A stretch of DNA of 64,000 nt from Adineta vaga (taxonomy: Eukaryota; Animalia; Rotifera). Below the pieces are notes generated by a model. The model was not told the origin of the DNA. It saw only the letters and a program-made list of their open reading frames with translations, and searched no databases. The translations under genes and the position numbers were made by a program. The DNA lies in contig CP075495.1 of the NCBI GenBank assembly GCA_021613535.1, positions 2,232,001 through 2,296,000 on the forward strand. Reading direction: 5' to 3'. This document shows positions 13,801 through 29,153 of the stretch, in pieces; position 1 is the first letter of the stretch, and each line of letters starts with the position of its first letter.

Positions 13801-16800
13801 TTTTATCTTTCTCTAGTACCACTAACATTTTCCTTGAAGAATAAGACGAAAAGAACGACAAACAAAAAAAAGGCTATAATTGGAAACAACGGCTAATGTA
13901 TGAAGCTCAATGCATCATCCATGCACATCCTTGTTTTCCGCTAGACCACACACACAGAAACAAGTGAATATCTATCTCATTCATATTTTTCTTTTTCTTT
14001 TGCATAAAAGAAGAAAACAAATTATCATCATTAGAGAACGAGCAAAAATAAGACAATGTTTTTTCCTAATTAGATAAACATCGACGAGAAAAAGAAAATA
14101 AAGTTAATAAAAAAAGAAAAAAAATCAAATTATGAAGAAAAACTATTATTAAATAAATCTCTTACCCGATAAATAACATCGTTGGGTTTTCCTGAACAAA
14201 TCACACACGAACGTAAGATTGAACAAACACGATTATTTAACATCGTATTTTCATTAATATATTCAAAGCTATTTCGATTGTCTACATATACACAACTTTT
14301 TTTTTTTGTTCGTCTCTTGATTTTTCGCTTTCTTTTTGTATATCTTATTGACTCATTTCATTGAGTTAATGTCGATAAATGCATCAAATCACCTGTATTG
14401 TCTACCTGCAGGGTATATCATCGCTATTACTTACACCTCGTTTTTCTCTCTTTCTCTTTCGTTCGTTCGTTCTTTCTTTCGCTCTTTGTAACCATTCATT
14501 TCGAATTAGTTCGATTTTATTTTAATGTATAGATAGGATACATAAGATCGGGAAAAAAATCATACAATACATCAATCATTTTATGTTAATCGAATCGGCG
14601 TACATCATATATATATATATATATGGATGTGTCTGTACTATCGATGATTTCTTTTCAAAGGTATAAAAATGTAGAAGTATTTATTTAATACATAATAAGA
14701 ATGATGCTGTATGTGTTTTTGGAAAGTTAAATGCCAATAAAGATATAAATATAATTTCTTTTTCTTATCAATCTGTTTTCTATAGTTCACGTACCTTATT
14801 AGATTTCTTCATATTTTGATGTTAAAAAGTCATGTATTAACCAAATATGTTTGTATTAATAACGAAATAAACATATGGATATATAAAAATATGTGTGTAA
14901 AGAGGAAAACAGATAAAAATCAAGATCTAATCAATGCCGAAAAAAGCATCCGAAAGCCGCAGGAAATATCAAACAGAGAAAAGACTGTCTACTCGATAGG
15001 GATGGATAATTTAAGCGAGAAAAAGACATAGATATGGGCAAAATCAAAGAAGAAAAGATCTTTTTCTCGCGTTTTTAATCAAGATGCATCCGTTATGCCG
15101 CTAATACTGCTGCTTCTCATTGAGACTGCTCAAATGTCACAAGCATTTTGTTTTGTTCTTTTTTCCTCGATATATTCTGAAGAGTTTGATTGTTCTTCAT
15201 TCTTTTTGTTTCTTCTTTCTAGTTTTGACTTAATTCACATCACTCTTACTCTTGTCACTATTTCAGTCAGCTACATTCGAGCTAACTGTAATCATCAATA
15301 TTCTCGAGAATAATCAAATTTTATTCGACGTATCTACATTCACACAAAGATTTTCCCATGGGTTTAGGAATGTCATCTATTTAAACAAGCAAATCTGACA
15401 AGGCAACTTACTTCATGAAAACTATTAAATGTATTTGTCGTTTGTCGCAAAACGGATGGCCGAGTAATCGGAGCATGTTGTTGTTGTTGTTGTTGTTGTT
15501 GATCAAAGGTTTGTCGTGATCGAGATGATCTTTTCGATGAAGAATGATGACTACTACGTGATGATTCACCACTAATGATTGGTATTGTTTGAGAGATGAT
15601 TGTATTAGAATTATTCGTAGTTGATTGTCGATTAAATTTAGTTGAAGAAAAAGCTGATGAACCACGTAAACGTTCATAGAATGGTGAAGAAGCAATTTGT
15701 GGATTAAGTACAAGATGATCTGACCGAAACGAGAGAAATTCAGGTAAATTTGATGTTTTATTTGTTAAAATGTTTTCTGATATTGGAGATTTTCGTGGTA
15801 ATAAATCAAGATATTCTTCTGTATTCAATTGTCGAACTTTTTCTTTAATCATATCAGTTCTATCTGAAGACATCGTGTTCGAACGACGATTTGTACGATT
15901 TGCACTTGATGCACGTTGTTCAACTTGTTTTCTCATATTTTCTTTATTTACTAACGATTCCATATATTCATGTTTACTAAGAATAGCTGGTGCTGATAGA
16001 GCAATACCAGCAGAAACAGCTGGCTGTTTTATAGTTGATGAATGTGAAGAACGATGAGTTGAAGCAGATCGCTACGAAAAAGAAAAAGAAATAAATAAGA
16101 CATATAACATTGACATTTAATCTTTATTACGAAATTTCTATAGATTCTCTAATTAAGAATAGATAGTTTTAAAAAAGAGCCGCTAATCTGATTAATATAC
16201 TTTTTATATACCTGACGTGAGATTGAGCACAATTTGATGAAATACAAATCTTCTAACAAAGATTTAATCTTATCATAGTATGCATGTCGTCTTCTTCTTC
16301 TTCATAAATATCTGGTTAATATTCTGAATGATTGATAAGATTACATTTATACAAATGTTATGTCAGAATTGGACAGGAATGATATAAACATGTTAGAAAA
16401 GATTTATTCTCTGTTTATCCTAATGCAATCTAGTGTGATAAATCGTTCTAGTTTATTAATACCATGCGTAATCGATTAGATCGTCTTCATTCACTCAATC
16501 AGATAGAAACAAATCTACTTATTACAAAACGGTTAGTTTCAAAGTTCTTTGCCGAGGTTACTTCTTTAGTTCACCGTTTCGACAAAAGATTAAATCTTAC
16601 AAACTACTATCATTAATTTATAAAAAGAAAAAAGGTTCTTTTCTTTGATTTCTTCTTTATAAACAACCTTTCATCTTACAGAAAAGAGTCGCCACAGGAA
16701 ATTAGATATTCACTTCTGCTCTATGATTTTCTGAAAAAGGAATATTCAACCTTATATAGTTTTTTTTTCCAGTAGATTACTTTCTATAGAAAACATTATC

Positions 16801-19800
16801 TTCCGACGTAATTGAATATATATATATACCTTATGATTTTGAGAAATATGTGTTGTTTCTGATTGATTTTGATTTAATCGTGATGAACGTTGATTGATAT
16901 GTACATCTTGATCGCTATCAGTAAGCATTTTATCATCATTATCATTTTTAAATTTTGGATATGGTAATGGTTTTGATATACTTAATTTTACACGACCTTT
17001 TGAAGTTGATTTTAAGATTTTAATAACATCATCTAACGTCATATTTTCTAAAGTAATATCATTGACTGCTACTAAACGATCACCAGGAACAATTCGTCCA
17101 TCTAATTGTGTAACTCCACCAGGTACTAATGCACGAATAACAATAACGGGTGAATGACTTGGATTCGATGGATCTTGATAATCAAGAACAGAAAATCCTA
17201 AACCATTGTCAGTTTTCATTAATTCAATATCGATAATTGATGTTGACCAAAGAGCTAAATTGGAAATCACTTCTAATGAACGAGATTTGACATGTTTAGA
17301 CGATTTTTTTAATGGTGAAAGAAGATTTATTGATGTATCAGTTGCATCTAATGTTCCTAGACTTTTCGCTTTGACAACAATTTCAGCTGTTTTACCAAAT
17401 GATATTGAACGAGGACGATTCGAATTCGTATGATTCGATACAATTTTATCGTTTATTGGCGAAGATTTACGACGAGCACAAACAAGTTTTATTTGATGTT
17501 TAACACGTTTAAGAATTTCAATAACATGAATATGATTTTTTCCATAGAGAACTTGATTATTAACCTTGATAAATAAAAAAAACGATAATATTAATCTTAC
17601 TTAATTTAATCATCTTACTTCAAGTAATTCATCACCGGATCTCAATGTTCTTTCAACTCCTATTGGTCCCTCACGTAACAATGCACGTATATAATGATGT
17701 GGACGAACTTCTTCACCATTCTCAATATCAACTGTTCCTTCAAGTGTTATACCTAATCCACCATTATCAGGTTTATAAACATCTGCAATCAATATTTCAT
17801 AATTATTTCCCAGAACCTTCATCCATTTTTGATAAACTTGTTCATTCATATTTAATTGTGGTTGATATTCCAGTTTTTCTTCACTCTGATGAGCAGATTC
17901 TAAAGCTAGAAAAGAAAATGAGATGAAAACATTCATAAAAAATCCATCTTACCAATCATTTCTTTAATCTTCTCATATTTAACTCCATCAAGATAACGTC
18001 GAACTTTCAATCGTACAGATGAACTTGTATTTTGTAATAAATAAAGTGCTTGAACATTTGAAAATCCATTCAATGATTGATCATTAACTTCTATAATCTG
18101 ATCGCCAACAATTAAACGACCATCACGTGCACAAACACTTCCTTCTGCGATGTCACGAATGAAGATTCCAGCAATAGCATCTAAATAAAAGAAAAAGCAT
18201 AACGATTAAGTAAGTTTTCTTTCTTTCTTGTTATTTGAGAAAAATGCTTTAACTTTTCTTTCCATTAGTCGTTCGCATCTAAGAAGAGTGCTTCAATTCC
18301 ATCAGAGAAATTAGTTTCACTAATATATATATATATATATATGGTTGTGACAGAAAAAAGAGATATAAATGATAGATGATGTAAACAACAGTAAGTATCT
18401 CTCGTTTTCTCTTTCTATCGGGATCTTAAAGTCGAAGAACAACAACAAGAGAATGTCATGTTTTTTAATTAACAAACGACAGATATTTTATAGTCTTTAT
18501 TAAATCATCTAGAGAAATAATTAACTTATATTTGTAAAGATCATAAAAACTTCCTTTCTTTCTCGAAATCCAAAGGGAAAAAATAATGACAAATGTTTTA
18601 CCATTATTTGTTGAATCAGGACTAACATAACCAGCAACCGTAATACCTAATCCATCATCACCTTTTTCCAATGTTACATCCAATAGTTCGGTACCATCTT
18701 CTTGTTGACACTAAACATATTGAAAAAAGCTAAGTGATATTCAGATATTGAAGAAAAAGAAGAAGAAAAAATCAAAGGCGATCAAGTGATACAGTCTTAG
18801 TAAAGTATTAGAAGTAGTGATGCTCGATCAGTGTAGACAGAATGCGAAGAAAGAAAAAGATGCTCGAGATTAACAATCGTCAATCGACTGACACTCATCT
18901 TGTGTTTTTTAATAGAATCAACGGCATACATACGACTGTGACTGGTTGTTTCTCTCTCTCTCTCTCTCTTTCCCTCCTCGTCTTACTGTTAGGACGACTA
19001 GAGCAACCTGTCATGGCAGTATTCTACGTAAAGACTCTTGAGTCGAGAAGTCGACGAGAATGATGAAGGATAAAAAAAGAAGAAAGTGCCCAAGGGATTC
19101 GAAGGATAGATGAAAAAAGAGAAATGGATGGTGAATAAAAGAGGAAAATGTGTTCGAGGAAAGTGAGAAAAAGATGCCACACACATACACATGCACACAT
19201 CTATTTTCCCTTTTCAGATAATTAATCGTTCTTTTTTTTTTCTTCCTGTTTCATAGTGTCAATAGAATAAGAAAAAAAAACTGACACCAACCTGTTCACG
19301 AAGATTTTCAAGAAGTTTTTCAAAATTATAATTGCCTTCCAGTAAACGTTCAGTTCGTAGAAGAATTTTATTTTGTGAACTATTTAATATTTCCTCATTA
19401 TCATTGATTGTTCCTATTGATGGTCGCGACGATAGTGAATCATTGAGATTAGCTGTTCGAATTAATGTTTCCGATGTTAATGATGCACGTTGTGACGTTA
19501 ATGGTGGGGTATTCATCGTTGTGTCTGCTGATGTTGGCTCACGTACGCTTCTTGCAACAACAAGACGAACTTGTTGAGAACTTTGTCGAAGTATACCAGC
19601 TACTTGTTCAGAACTCATACCACGTACAGAAACATGATTGATTTGAAATATATGATCACCCGTACGGATACGACCATCCTAGATAAAAATTGATATTAAA
19701 ACGGATATGAAGAATGACTGATGTATTGCTCATCAGATTGGCAGGATATATGAAGCAAATGACTCCTTGTCTATCTCGTCCGTGCTATTTCTTTCTTCGT

Positions 19801-22527
19801 TTCTTCCGCTCGTTTCCTAGAACGTTATATATATACGTACTGACTGTCATTCATTAACCAAATTTATTTTCTTTCTTTCTTTCTTCCTTTCTTTCTCTAT
19901 TACACACTCACACAGTCTGCCTACAAAACTTTTTTCTATCTGTCTTTTTTTTCTTTATCGTCTCTCTTTTTTTTTAGCTGCTGAAGCTTCTTTTTTTCCT
20001 TCTCCTTTTCAGTTTCTCTTGTCTGTATATTATCTATTGTTTGATCGATTGAAAAAAAAAACAGCTGGAAGGAGAGAAAACGTACGGGTCAAATCAGAAA
20101 ACAATAGAATAATCGGATTAAATCGATAGTACCTTATCCACAGTCGAACCAGGCACAATTGCTTTGACAACAACACCTGTTGACTTATTGCCTGTAATGC
20201 CAAAGCCAAGGCCGGATCCGTCGTTGATTAGCTCGACAACTTCAATTTGTGTCCACAATGTATTTAGCTAAACACAAGCAGGATATATCAAATATCAATA
20301 TGTTCGATAAAACATATATATCGATTTGTTTATATATGTTATCAATAATCAAATATATCTTACCACCATATCGACATGAGAAGACGTCGACGATATCGGA
20401 ACACAGCTGTGTCCGTCATTATTCGACGTTGACACAGCCGCATGAGGATAATCAGCAGTTGGATTAATAACAACAAGTTCGATTGATAAACGTGTTGGAT
20501 CAATGAGAAGTTGTTGAGCACGACTAGCAAGTGCAGTATCTTGTGAATTCAAATAAATATCGTTGATACACACTATTTGATCACTTATACGTAGCTGACC
20601 ATTTCTACAAGAAAAAAAAGATGAAAAAGAAAATCTCTCTACTATAACGAAACGTGTCATTGAAAATCCACGATCTACTAGTAGTGAAGAAAGAAGTATG
20701 TGAATGACAAACATTCTTCGACTAGAAGAGTTCATTAATGTCTCATCTAATCGAATTTTTTTTGCGAGAACATCTCTATTGTGTATACATTAACAAACAC
20801 CAGACATCATTGTTCTAGAATTATCACTATGATCTAAATGTTACAACAGCATGTTTTTTTCAATGTTATTGTCTTAGTGATCTTTACAAAATACATATCT
20901 ATTCGATTATTTGTTTCTGTATTATATAATAAGAATAATACATAAGGAAAAAGAGTCTTACTTGAATTTTAGTTATCTTTACATGTTCTATGATAATATT
21001 ATTAAATATTTACAATAAGGTACATATTTCGTAGTCAATTTTATTTATTGAAAAATCGGTTTCCTACTTCCTGTGTATGATTATCATAGCGATGATGAAG
21101 ATGATAATGATCTATTCCTTCCGTTCTTTCTTTTTTTTCTTTTCTTTTTTATATTCAACGAATTTATCCTTTGTGACAATGGTTGGTGATCTCTCGAGAC
21201 CTGCACAAGACGATTGATTCTTTCTTTTTCATTCACTTACATACATACAAACATACATACCAAAAGAAAAAAAGAATATATATCGAGAGAAAAAAAGTGC
21301 TATTGATATATTTTCTTTTTTCTCTCTCTCTCTAAACTGAACTATATTTCCAATCTATAAAACTTTTTCTTCTCGGAAAGCTAACTTGTCAATGTATATT
21401 TCTCTTTTTTCGGCTTTTATGCGTGTGTGTGCCGACAACTGTCAAAAGTGGCAGAACATACAGAGTATACACGCTAGAAAGAGATGCTTGGTGCACGGCA
21501 TGCATTTTTCCTATCAGAGAAGAAGAAAAAAAAAATTGAGGCGACAAGGCAAGAGGAATTATTTGTAAATCATCTCTTTTTGCGTTTCCTTATCGTAAAA
21601 GAAAAAAAAATGGAAAATATAACTAGATGTTATCATTGAAGGTCACGAAGAGAGAGAGAGAAAAGTTTTCTTTTTTGGAAACGAAGAAAAAATAACAAAT
21701 AATTAGGAATTTTATTTATCCTATTAATATCAAGATCTTCGGACGATGTCAATATCGTATTGATCAATTGAAGATTCGATTAGAACATTTGCTTTTTCTG
21801 CTTTTTTTTTTGAAATATTTGGATATAAAACAGATCATTAATCTCTACTGACAAGCATCCCACGAGAAAGAAATATAAAACTCTGAAAAATTAGGTAAAT
21901 CATCAAGGATATGAAAACTGAAACTGATCCGATCAATAAAAATAGAAATCAAACAAAGAAAAGGAAAGGAACTTACAGATCAGCAACACTATTGGCTTGA
22001 ATATTCTGAATAAAGATTGCATTAATACCAAATAAACGATGTTTTTTAGAGATAATACTAAATCCTAATGAATCACTTGGTGTTTGTTTATTCAGGACAA
22101 CTTTTCGAACAATATTATCATTCGCCAAACGTTTGTTATTTTTGATATCTATAATAACAATTCATGATTAGATTTTTATTTTACTTTCTGAAAAAACAAT
22201 TCTACTTTGATTCGTGATTTTCTTGTTTAAATATTTCAAATGACCTTCAATATCGAAATCAAATAAGCAATTTTTTATTGAACTATTGCCTTTTTCAAAT
22301 TCAATTTTTAATTGTTGAAATGAATCTTGTAAATTATATAATGTATGAAACAATGGACTCTCGAGTATTTGTTGTAGTGAATCAATATCTGGTTGTTGAC
22401 AATTATTGTATTGACATAAACGTTCACTCAACCGTTTTAGTATAGCACTGGCTTCTATTGAAAAGATAATCAAGTATAGGTTTTCAATTAATCAAATGTA
22501 TATGTGTTTACCGCATAGTTGAGCCAT
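7865..22527 (-). CDS. MPDZ: Multiple PDZ domain protein (MPDZ/PATJ/InaD-like): L27 domain plus about 11 PDZ domains, many exons
   Basis: L27 segment [24 protein letters not shown], then repeated GLGF/GLGI/SLGI PDZ motifs (e.g. [11 protein letters not shown]...[38 protein letters not shown]). Stop TGA at 7865-7867. Exon structure only partly traced. Confidence 0.88.
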
Positions 22528-24310
22528 GATAATAGAAATAGATAACGAACGGAATGCATGACCCGAATTCTTTGTTGATAAATATTATGATGCTTCTTTG
22601 TCCTTCTCGAGAATAGATGAAGGAAACGTAGCAGATAGAAAATCGATGATGACGACGAGAACGACGACTAGCTCTCTAGAAGAAAAAATGAGAGAGAAAT
22701 GATGCACTAGGACTACAAACGATCGATCGATCGATCGATTGGATTTGTTTATATTTCTTTTCCTTTTTTCCGCTCCTGTTTTCCACTGCTATTTTGTCGT
22801 TCACACTATTCTTATTGGAATAACGTAAATAACAAATGACTAACTAGCGCTACAATCGAAAACTCCACTGAAACATGTCATGGATCATAATATAATAGTT
22901 TTTCTCTTCTAGTAATATTATGTTCGATTAGATCAAGAAGGCGACGAATTCACTTAGAGAATTTTAACACTTGTTAATCAAATAAATCGATAGAAATTAT
23001 TCCATTTATTTGATAGTCAAATTTCTCGGTTATTTTCTTCTTCTTCGTGATTCTCATTCGACTATTGATCAAAATAAATCTAATTATTACTTTTGTTTTT
23101 CTCTCTTTCCATCTCGTCAAATTTACGATCAATTATTCGATTTTAGTACAGAGAAATATGAATTGATCTATATAAAAATTAAAGACAATCAAGAAAGAAT
23201 TTCTTCTCATGTTCTTTTATATTTTAGTCGTACAAACCTGTGTATGATGTATTCAATACAATGTCGAAATCTGATGAAAACTTTTCTCATCTTTGTCAAT
23301 GTCGTCATGAGATTTTAATTCGTTAAGAAAGAAAAAAGTATGTTACGACTGACGGGTTGTCAATCTTTTCCTCGAGATTGAATTTGAAAAGATGCTGTCT
23401 GGTTTTACCTATTTGAGATGGATGTGTCGACATCGACATCGAGAGAGAGAGAGAAGAATTTAATTAGAAAAGAAAGCTGATCATAAATATTAGTTAAGGC
23501 AATGTTTGAATGAATATGAATGATGCTCGTGTCGTGTTTTTTTTTGTTATATGAGATGTTGAGAAGAAAATAGTTTTCAATGACATGCAGATCGTTATAT
23601 CTCAAGAGCTAATCATCATCATCATCATCATGAATGATAGTCAATGCATCGTTCGTTCTTAAGAATATGATTTATATTTAAGTAGATAATCATCGCTTTT
23701 TCTATTTATCTTTTATCATTATTTCAAAAATATTTTAGCGTATCGTTTTCGACTTGTCAAATTTGGTAAAAAATAATAATCATTTGTTTATATTAATAAT
23801 TCACAATTCTATGCAACTGCAATGATAATCGATTATTTCGTTAATTGATCTCAATATTCTATTGGAATAGTGAACAAGGTCTTTCGATGATGAATTTCAT
23901 GTTTGTTCAATGAAGTCATCGAACATTTATTATGAAAGCATGATATGTTAGAATCTACTGAGTTTTAATGATGAATTATTAACAAACTCATTCATGTTAG
24001 ATATTGATTATGTGCAAAATCATTATTTATGTAGAAGACACTCAATCAATTTGGTCATGTTTATTCATTAGTAAACTATATTATAAACTCATTGTCACAA
24101 TGCATGAACTATGGAAATAGACAAACTATTTTTTTGTTTCTCATTCTATTCCATTGGACTATACGTTACACAGAAATTCTTGTTCATACGTTAATCATCA
24201 ACGATAAACTTCAGTCGTGATGAGAAATTTTTATTAATAAAATGATTGATAATATATTTTTGTAAAAGATATTGATTTATTTATTTTTTTTTTGTTATCT
24301 TTTAGAAATT

Positions 24311-26055
24311 ATGAATCCTATTCGTGTGCAAATTAATTTAAAATATTTCTCAGATGAAAATTCTTCGAAAGAATTTCATAATTTTTGGTATGCTTTTCAT
24401 CCAAAGATATTGTTGACAGTGAAAGATATTCTTGAAGATATACATGTGAATTATCTGAAAGAAGAACAAGAATTTGATGAACGAACATTAATCGTTCATC
24501 TTGATGATTGTCAAGTATTACCATTTACTTCTAGTCAAATTCTACGAGATAATGATCGATTAACGTAAGACATAGAAAGGAATTTTGAATGTTTAGAATT
24601 GAAAAGTTTTCTTATGTCTAGTTTAATGCCATTAGGAAATTATAAATTACATAGAAAATCTCTTCAAGATTCAGTGAATTTGAATTTATCATCATCAATG
24701 GTTGTTGAACCATCAGTGATTGTATCAGATAATCATCATAAACGACAACGGCTTGATTCCAATGAACTTAGTATGTCAACTGAATCAACCATTACAATTA
24801 TACCAACGATTGAAAAGATCAATGAACAACCAGAAAAGAAGAAAACGAAAACGCTTACTAATGGAAATCAAATTATTAGTCGACAATCTATACCAGAACC
24901 AATATCGACACCACAGGTCTTGAAAGAAACGATTTCAGAAATACCAATATCATTACCATCTACCATTGGTCGTATTCGAGAATTGAAGTCAAAAACACCT
25001 GTATGGAAAAGTCAAGTACCAGCTGTTAAAGACAATGCTGAACGTAATATTTGTACTATTACCTTTTAAAACATTCTTCATTTTTTTGTTTCGTATTTTA
25101 AGAAAAACTTCATATTCGATTTGATTCTGATAATGAAGAAGAATCATCATCACCACCACCACCACCACCACTACCATCATCTTCACTAATTCCACCGATA
25201 ATCGAAGAAAAAAAGCCTGTTGAACCACTACCACTTGTCAATGGTAGTAATAGTTCGGTTCGGATTCAATATGTTTCAACACCAATTCTGTCAGATGTCG
25301 AAAAATCTTCAAATGAACAGAAAACACCGCAGAAAACAATTGATCTTCTTTATGAAATGAAACAACATAAAACTATTGAAGAACAACAAGCCAAAAAGAT
25401 CCAACAACAGTTTGGTCGTAAACGTGCTCAACATCGAAAACGAGCATTGAGTTATCTCTCGATGGCTAGTTTTGTTGATCATGCTTTTGGTTTAGACAAA
25501 AATGAACTAGAGAAACAACTAGCAACGAATGGACATCATTCATCGTCATCTTCATCAAGTCCTCAAGTAACGAAGATCGAAATTTAATGATATTTTTTTT
25601 TAAAAATGTGTAATTCTTTCTTCCAGACATTACCAACATCATTTAGTAAACTAGCTCGTTTACCACTTGTTGCTGAAGCAATTGAAAATAACGAGAAAAT
25701 CTATGATCTATACCCTCCTATAACACAAATTCCATCGATTCAAACACGTTTAGCATTTAAATTATTAGAATTAAGTGAAGATTTCTGTCCGAAAATGTCG
25801 GAATATAAAGAAGGAACAGTGACAGATGTGAATGAAACAACCGGTGAAATAACAATTCAACTTGATAAACCAATTCAAACAGTTTTCGATCAACCATCGA
25901 AATTCTATGCTCCAATCGATGAACAGTCAATAGAAAATGAAGAATTAACAACTGTAAGTTCAATTATGTTTCTATTTCACTTCATCTTTTTTTTATATTT
26001 GTAGGTCATTGTTCCATTTTCTGATCTAAATTCAGTTCGCTTATTACCTACATAA
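24311..26055 (+). CDS. COIL: Coilin (Cajal body scaffold), multi-exon
   Basis: N-terminal domain (RVQINL...LDDCQVLPFTSSQILRDNDRL) and C-terminal Tudor-like domain (YDLYPP...LAFKLLELSEDFCPKMSEYKEGTV), joined by a disordered linker. Confidence 0.85.
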
Positions 26056-26837
26056 TCATTTTTCTGTCTTTCTAACTAAACTTTGATAATAAAATTCATT
26101 CACTAAACTTGACTTTAACATAATTTTCAAAATCTAATGGATATTTAAAGCATATGCAAACTAATTCAATTATTATTCTTTCAATCCAATTTGAAAAATT
26201 GAATCTAATTTCTATTGTTTGTTTTTTTCGAGGAGGGCTTCTTCCTCTTAAATTAAATAACATCTGGAAAAAAAACAACATCGATAACTAAGGTAACAGA
26301 CATGCACACTCCAGTTTTTTTTTCTGTTGATTTTATTTTCTCTTGTATTCTGTGTGCGACGTCTTCTTCTTCAATTTGAGTCGTTAGTTTCTTCTTTTTA
26401 ACAAAAACATTCTGTAACTACAGACATTCATACACGGTTACTTTTCTGTTAGTAAAAGAATTATCAAAACAACACGAGTAGAATTTAGAAGAACATGAAG
26501 AGAAAAAAAAACGACAACGTTTTTCTTTCGTTCGTTCTGTTCTCTTGTTTAAAGCGAAGAACTTGTAAATAGAAAAGAAAGAATTCTTGTTGAAGGTAAG
26601 ATATAGAAGAAAAAAAAAGTAATGAACAACTCTACACCATCACTACAATGACAAATAAAATAAAAAAGCTTTCCTTTTCATATCGTTGTCATCGAGTGGC
26701 AGTAAGATAAAGTTGAAACCTAATCGATTCGAAAAGAAGACAGAGAGGGAGAGAATTGATTTTCATTTTCTTTTTATTATTATGTTAAATAAATCTGTAA
26801 ACATTTACTTGACAACGTAGATTGAGTAACGATACCG

Positions 26838-29153
26838 ATGGCTCGTGTAGCTGCTAATCCTAATACTAATATGACTACAACTCCTTTTATGGATCAATTA
26901 TCACATGCAGTTATTAAAGAAACATCGAAAAACTTGTAAGTTGACTGGTTTTGTTTTTCTTCTCTCGTATAATATCATTTTATTTCTCCCTTCAGGAGAC
27001 ATTATATTGATATAAAACGTCGTGAAAATGGTTTTATTCTTAATCCTAATTCTTGTGCATTTGAATCTGCACCAATCAGAGCAGTAAGTTCAAATAACTT
27101 GTTATTCATTTCATATCTTTATTTTCTACAGAGATATATGTATGGAACTGCTAAACATTATCCACCACTCTATGGTTCATCTTTTTCTGATAATGATATA
27201 AAGCTTTATATGCGAAATTTTCAACAACAAAAAAGACAAGCTTATGTAAAAAAGGCTTTGCTTTATCGTGTCAATCTGTAGGAATACTTTTCCTTTTAGT
27301 CAACATTGAATGCTTCGGAAAAACAAATGTGCCGTGAAGAATTGAATTTTCATATGCGTACAAAACGATCTTCAGTAAATAGTTTGAAATGATTCGAAAT
27401 AGAAATTTTTATTGAGATTGTATCTTTAGTCAAAAGAAAGTCAAAAGTTTTCTGAACTTCGTTTAAGACCATCCGCACGATCGGCTTCCGTATGTAGTGT
27501 GTAAGTGTTATCAATTGAATAATCAAATCTAAACATCTCATCTCGATGAAATAATTCAGAGCAAGTGGCCATGATTTTCGTCGAGAAACATCAAAACCTG
27601 CTTTTAAATTATCACGTACGCAACAGAATCAATTAGTAGATGATACTGCAAATATTCTGGCAACAATGGTTAAAACACGTCGATCGATCTATGAAACAAA
27701 TTTATCCTTACAACAAGTAAGTTGTTCGTTTCTTCTTCATCATGAAATCATATGATTGCATTTTCGGTTGATATAGACACCACATTTATACATTTCACGA
27801 AATACGAATCCTTCTCCACGTCCTCCAAAGTAATTTTGATATCAAATCCTTTTTTTTGCTATAATATTATTTTTAGTGAACAAACACATTCACGATCAAC
27901 ACAACCGTCCGCCTTACCTCGTTCATCATTTGATTCAACCTATACACCGAATGATGCAGAAGTTAAGAAATCAAAACGTAGAACTAAAAATGCGCAAGAA
28001 AAAGCAATATCAATCGTAAGTATTCAAACTACTAATTCAATTCAAAAATCGGTATTTTTCTCTTCAAGATGCATAATGCCAAATTGATTAAGAAAGGCCT
28101 TCTTGCCCAATATGATATTTCAGTAACAACTGGAGATTGTAATGGTGCATCAAGTGATGCGCCTATACAAATTAAATTATATGGAAAAAATGGTTTTACG
28201 CAAGCCATCGATTTAACCAAGTCTAGAACACATCGTGTACCATTTCAAAAAGGTCAAACGGATGTTTTTACTATTGAAACAGATCACGTTGGAGATTTTG
28301 CTGGAATTAATATTGGACATGATCGACAAGATACACGTATGAGAGAAATTGATGTCTATTTATGCAACGAATTTATGGTGAATTGTACTTCTTTTTTTTC
28401 TTAGGTTCCGGATGGTTTTTAGATAAAGTATCTATTTTTGATTCATTTCGTCAAACTACATATGAGATTCCGTGCAATGCTTGGCTATCGAATAAATCGA
28501 CGGATCAACAGACAAAACGTAATTTTCCAGTCACTTCAATGAAATCAAAAGAAACGCATGATTCCACTAGTAGGAAAAACAATCTTCTTCCGATGTTTTT
28601 GAAATTTATAAAAAATGAATTTTTTAGAATATACTACAGACTCTGGTAGTCAATCGGATGTTGCTCTAGCTAAACTAGAAGATTCACTAACATCTGATAG
28701 TACAATACGTAATAAAAATAATGCTCCTAAATCGACAAAGAAACCTCATCGTAAACCACGTCGTCGATCAAATAGTTCGACTACAATGCCAAAAAAATCA
28801 ACGTCATTAACACCAATTACAAATCATAATTCTCATTCACCACCACGAACGACCACAATCGAATCTCATTTTAAAAGTGAAGAATTTCCATCTTCTCCAC
28901 CAGTTCTAACACGTCGAAATCTTTCACCTGAAATCTCATCTCCATCTCATCTTCTGACACGGAAGATAAAGTTTATCATCGCAGGCATTCTATTCGATCA
29001 CCAACATCCCATCATTCAAATGAAAATAGTCGACCACCAACTCGATTACAACAACGTGAATCTCCAATATCATCCTCGCCGGAACGACCAATCAGAAGCC
29101 AAAAGAAAGAAGAAAAATATGAACATGACTATGAAATGGATTTCTATGACTAG
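26838..29153 (+). CDS. PLAT/LH2-domain protein (LOXHD1-type single PLAT) with Ser/Pro/Arg-rich tail; many small exons
   Basis: YDISVTTGDCNGASSDAPIQIKLYGKNG...FQKGQTDVFTIE...IGHD...GWFLDKV...IPCNAWL is a canonical PLAT domain. The 3' end is uncertain because of an apparent frameshift near 28945. Confidence 0.72.

Noticed and set aside
13419-13861. Overlapping ORFs with poly-Ser or poly-Glu/Asp
   Set aside because: They arise from TCT/TCG microsatellite-like DNA inside a large MPDZ intron and show no domain signal.
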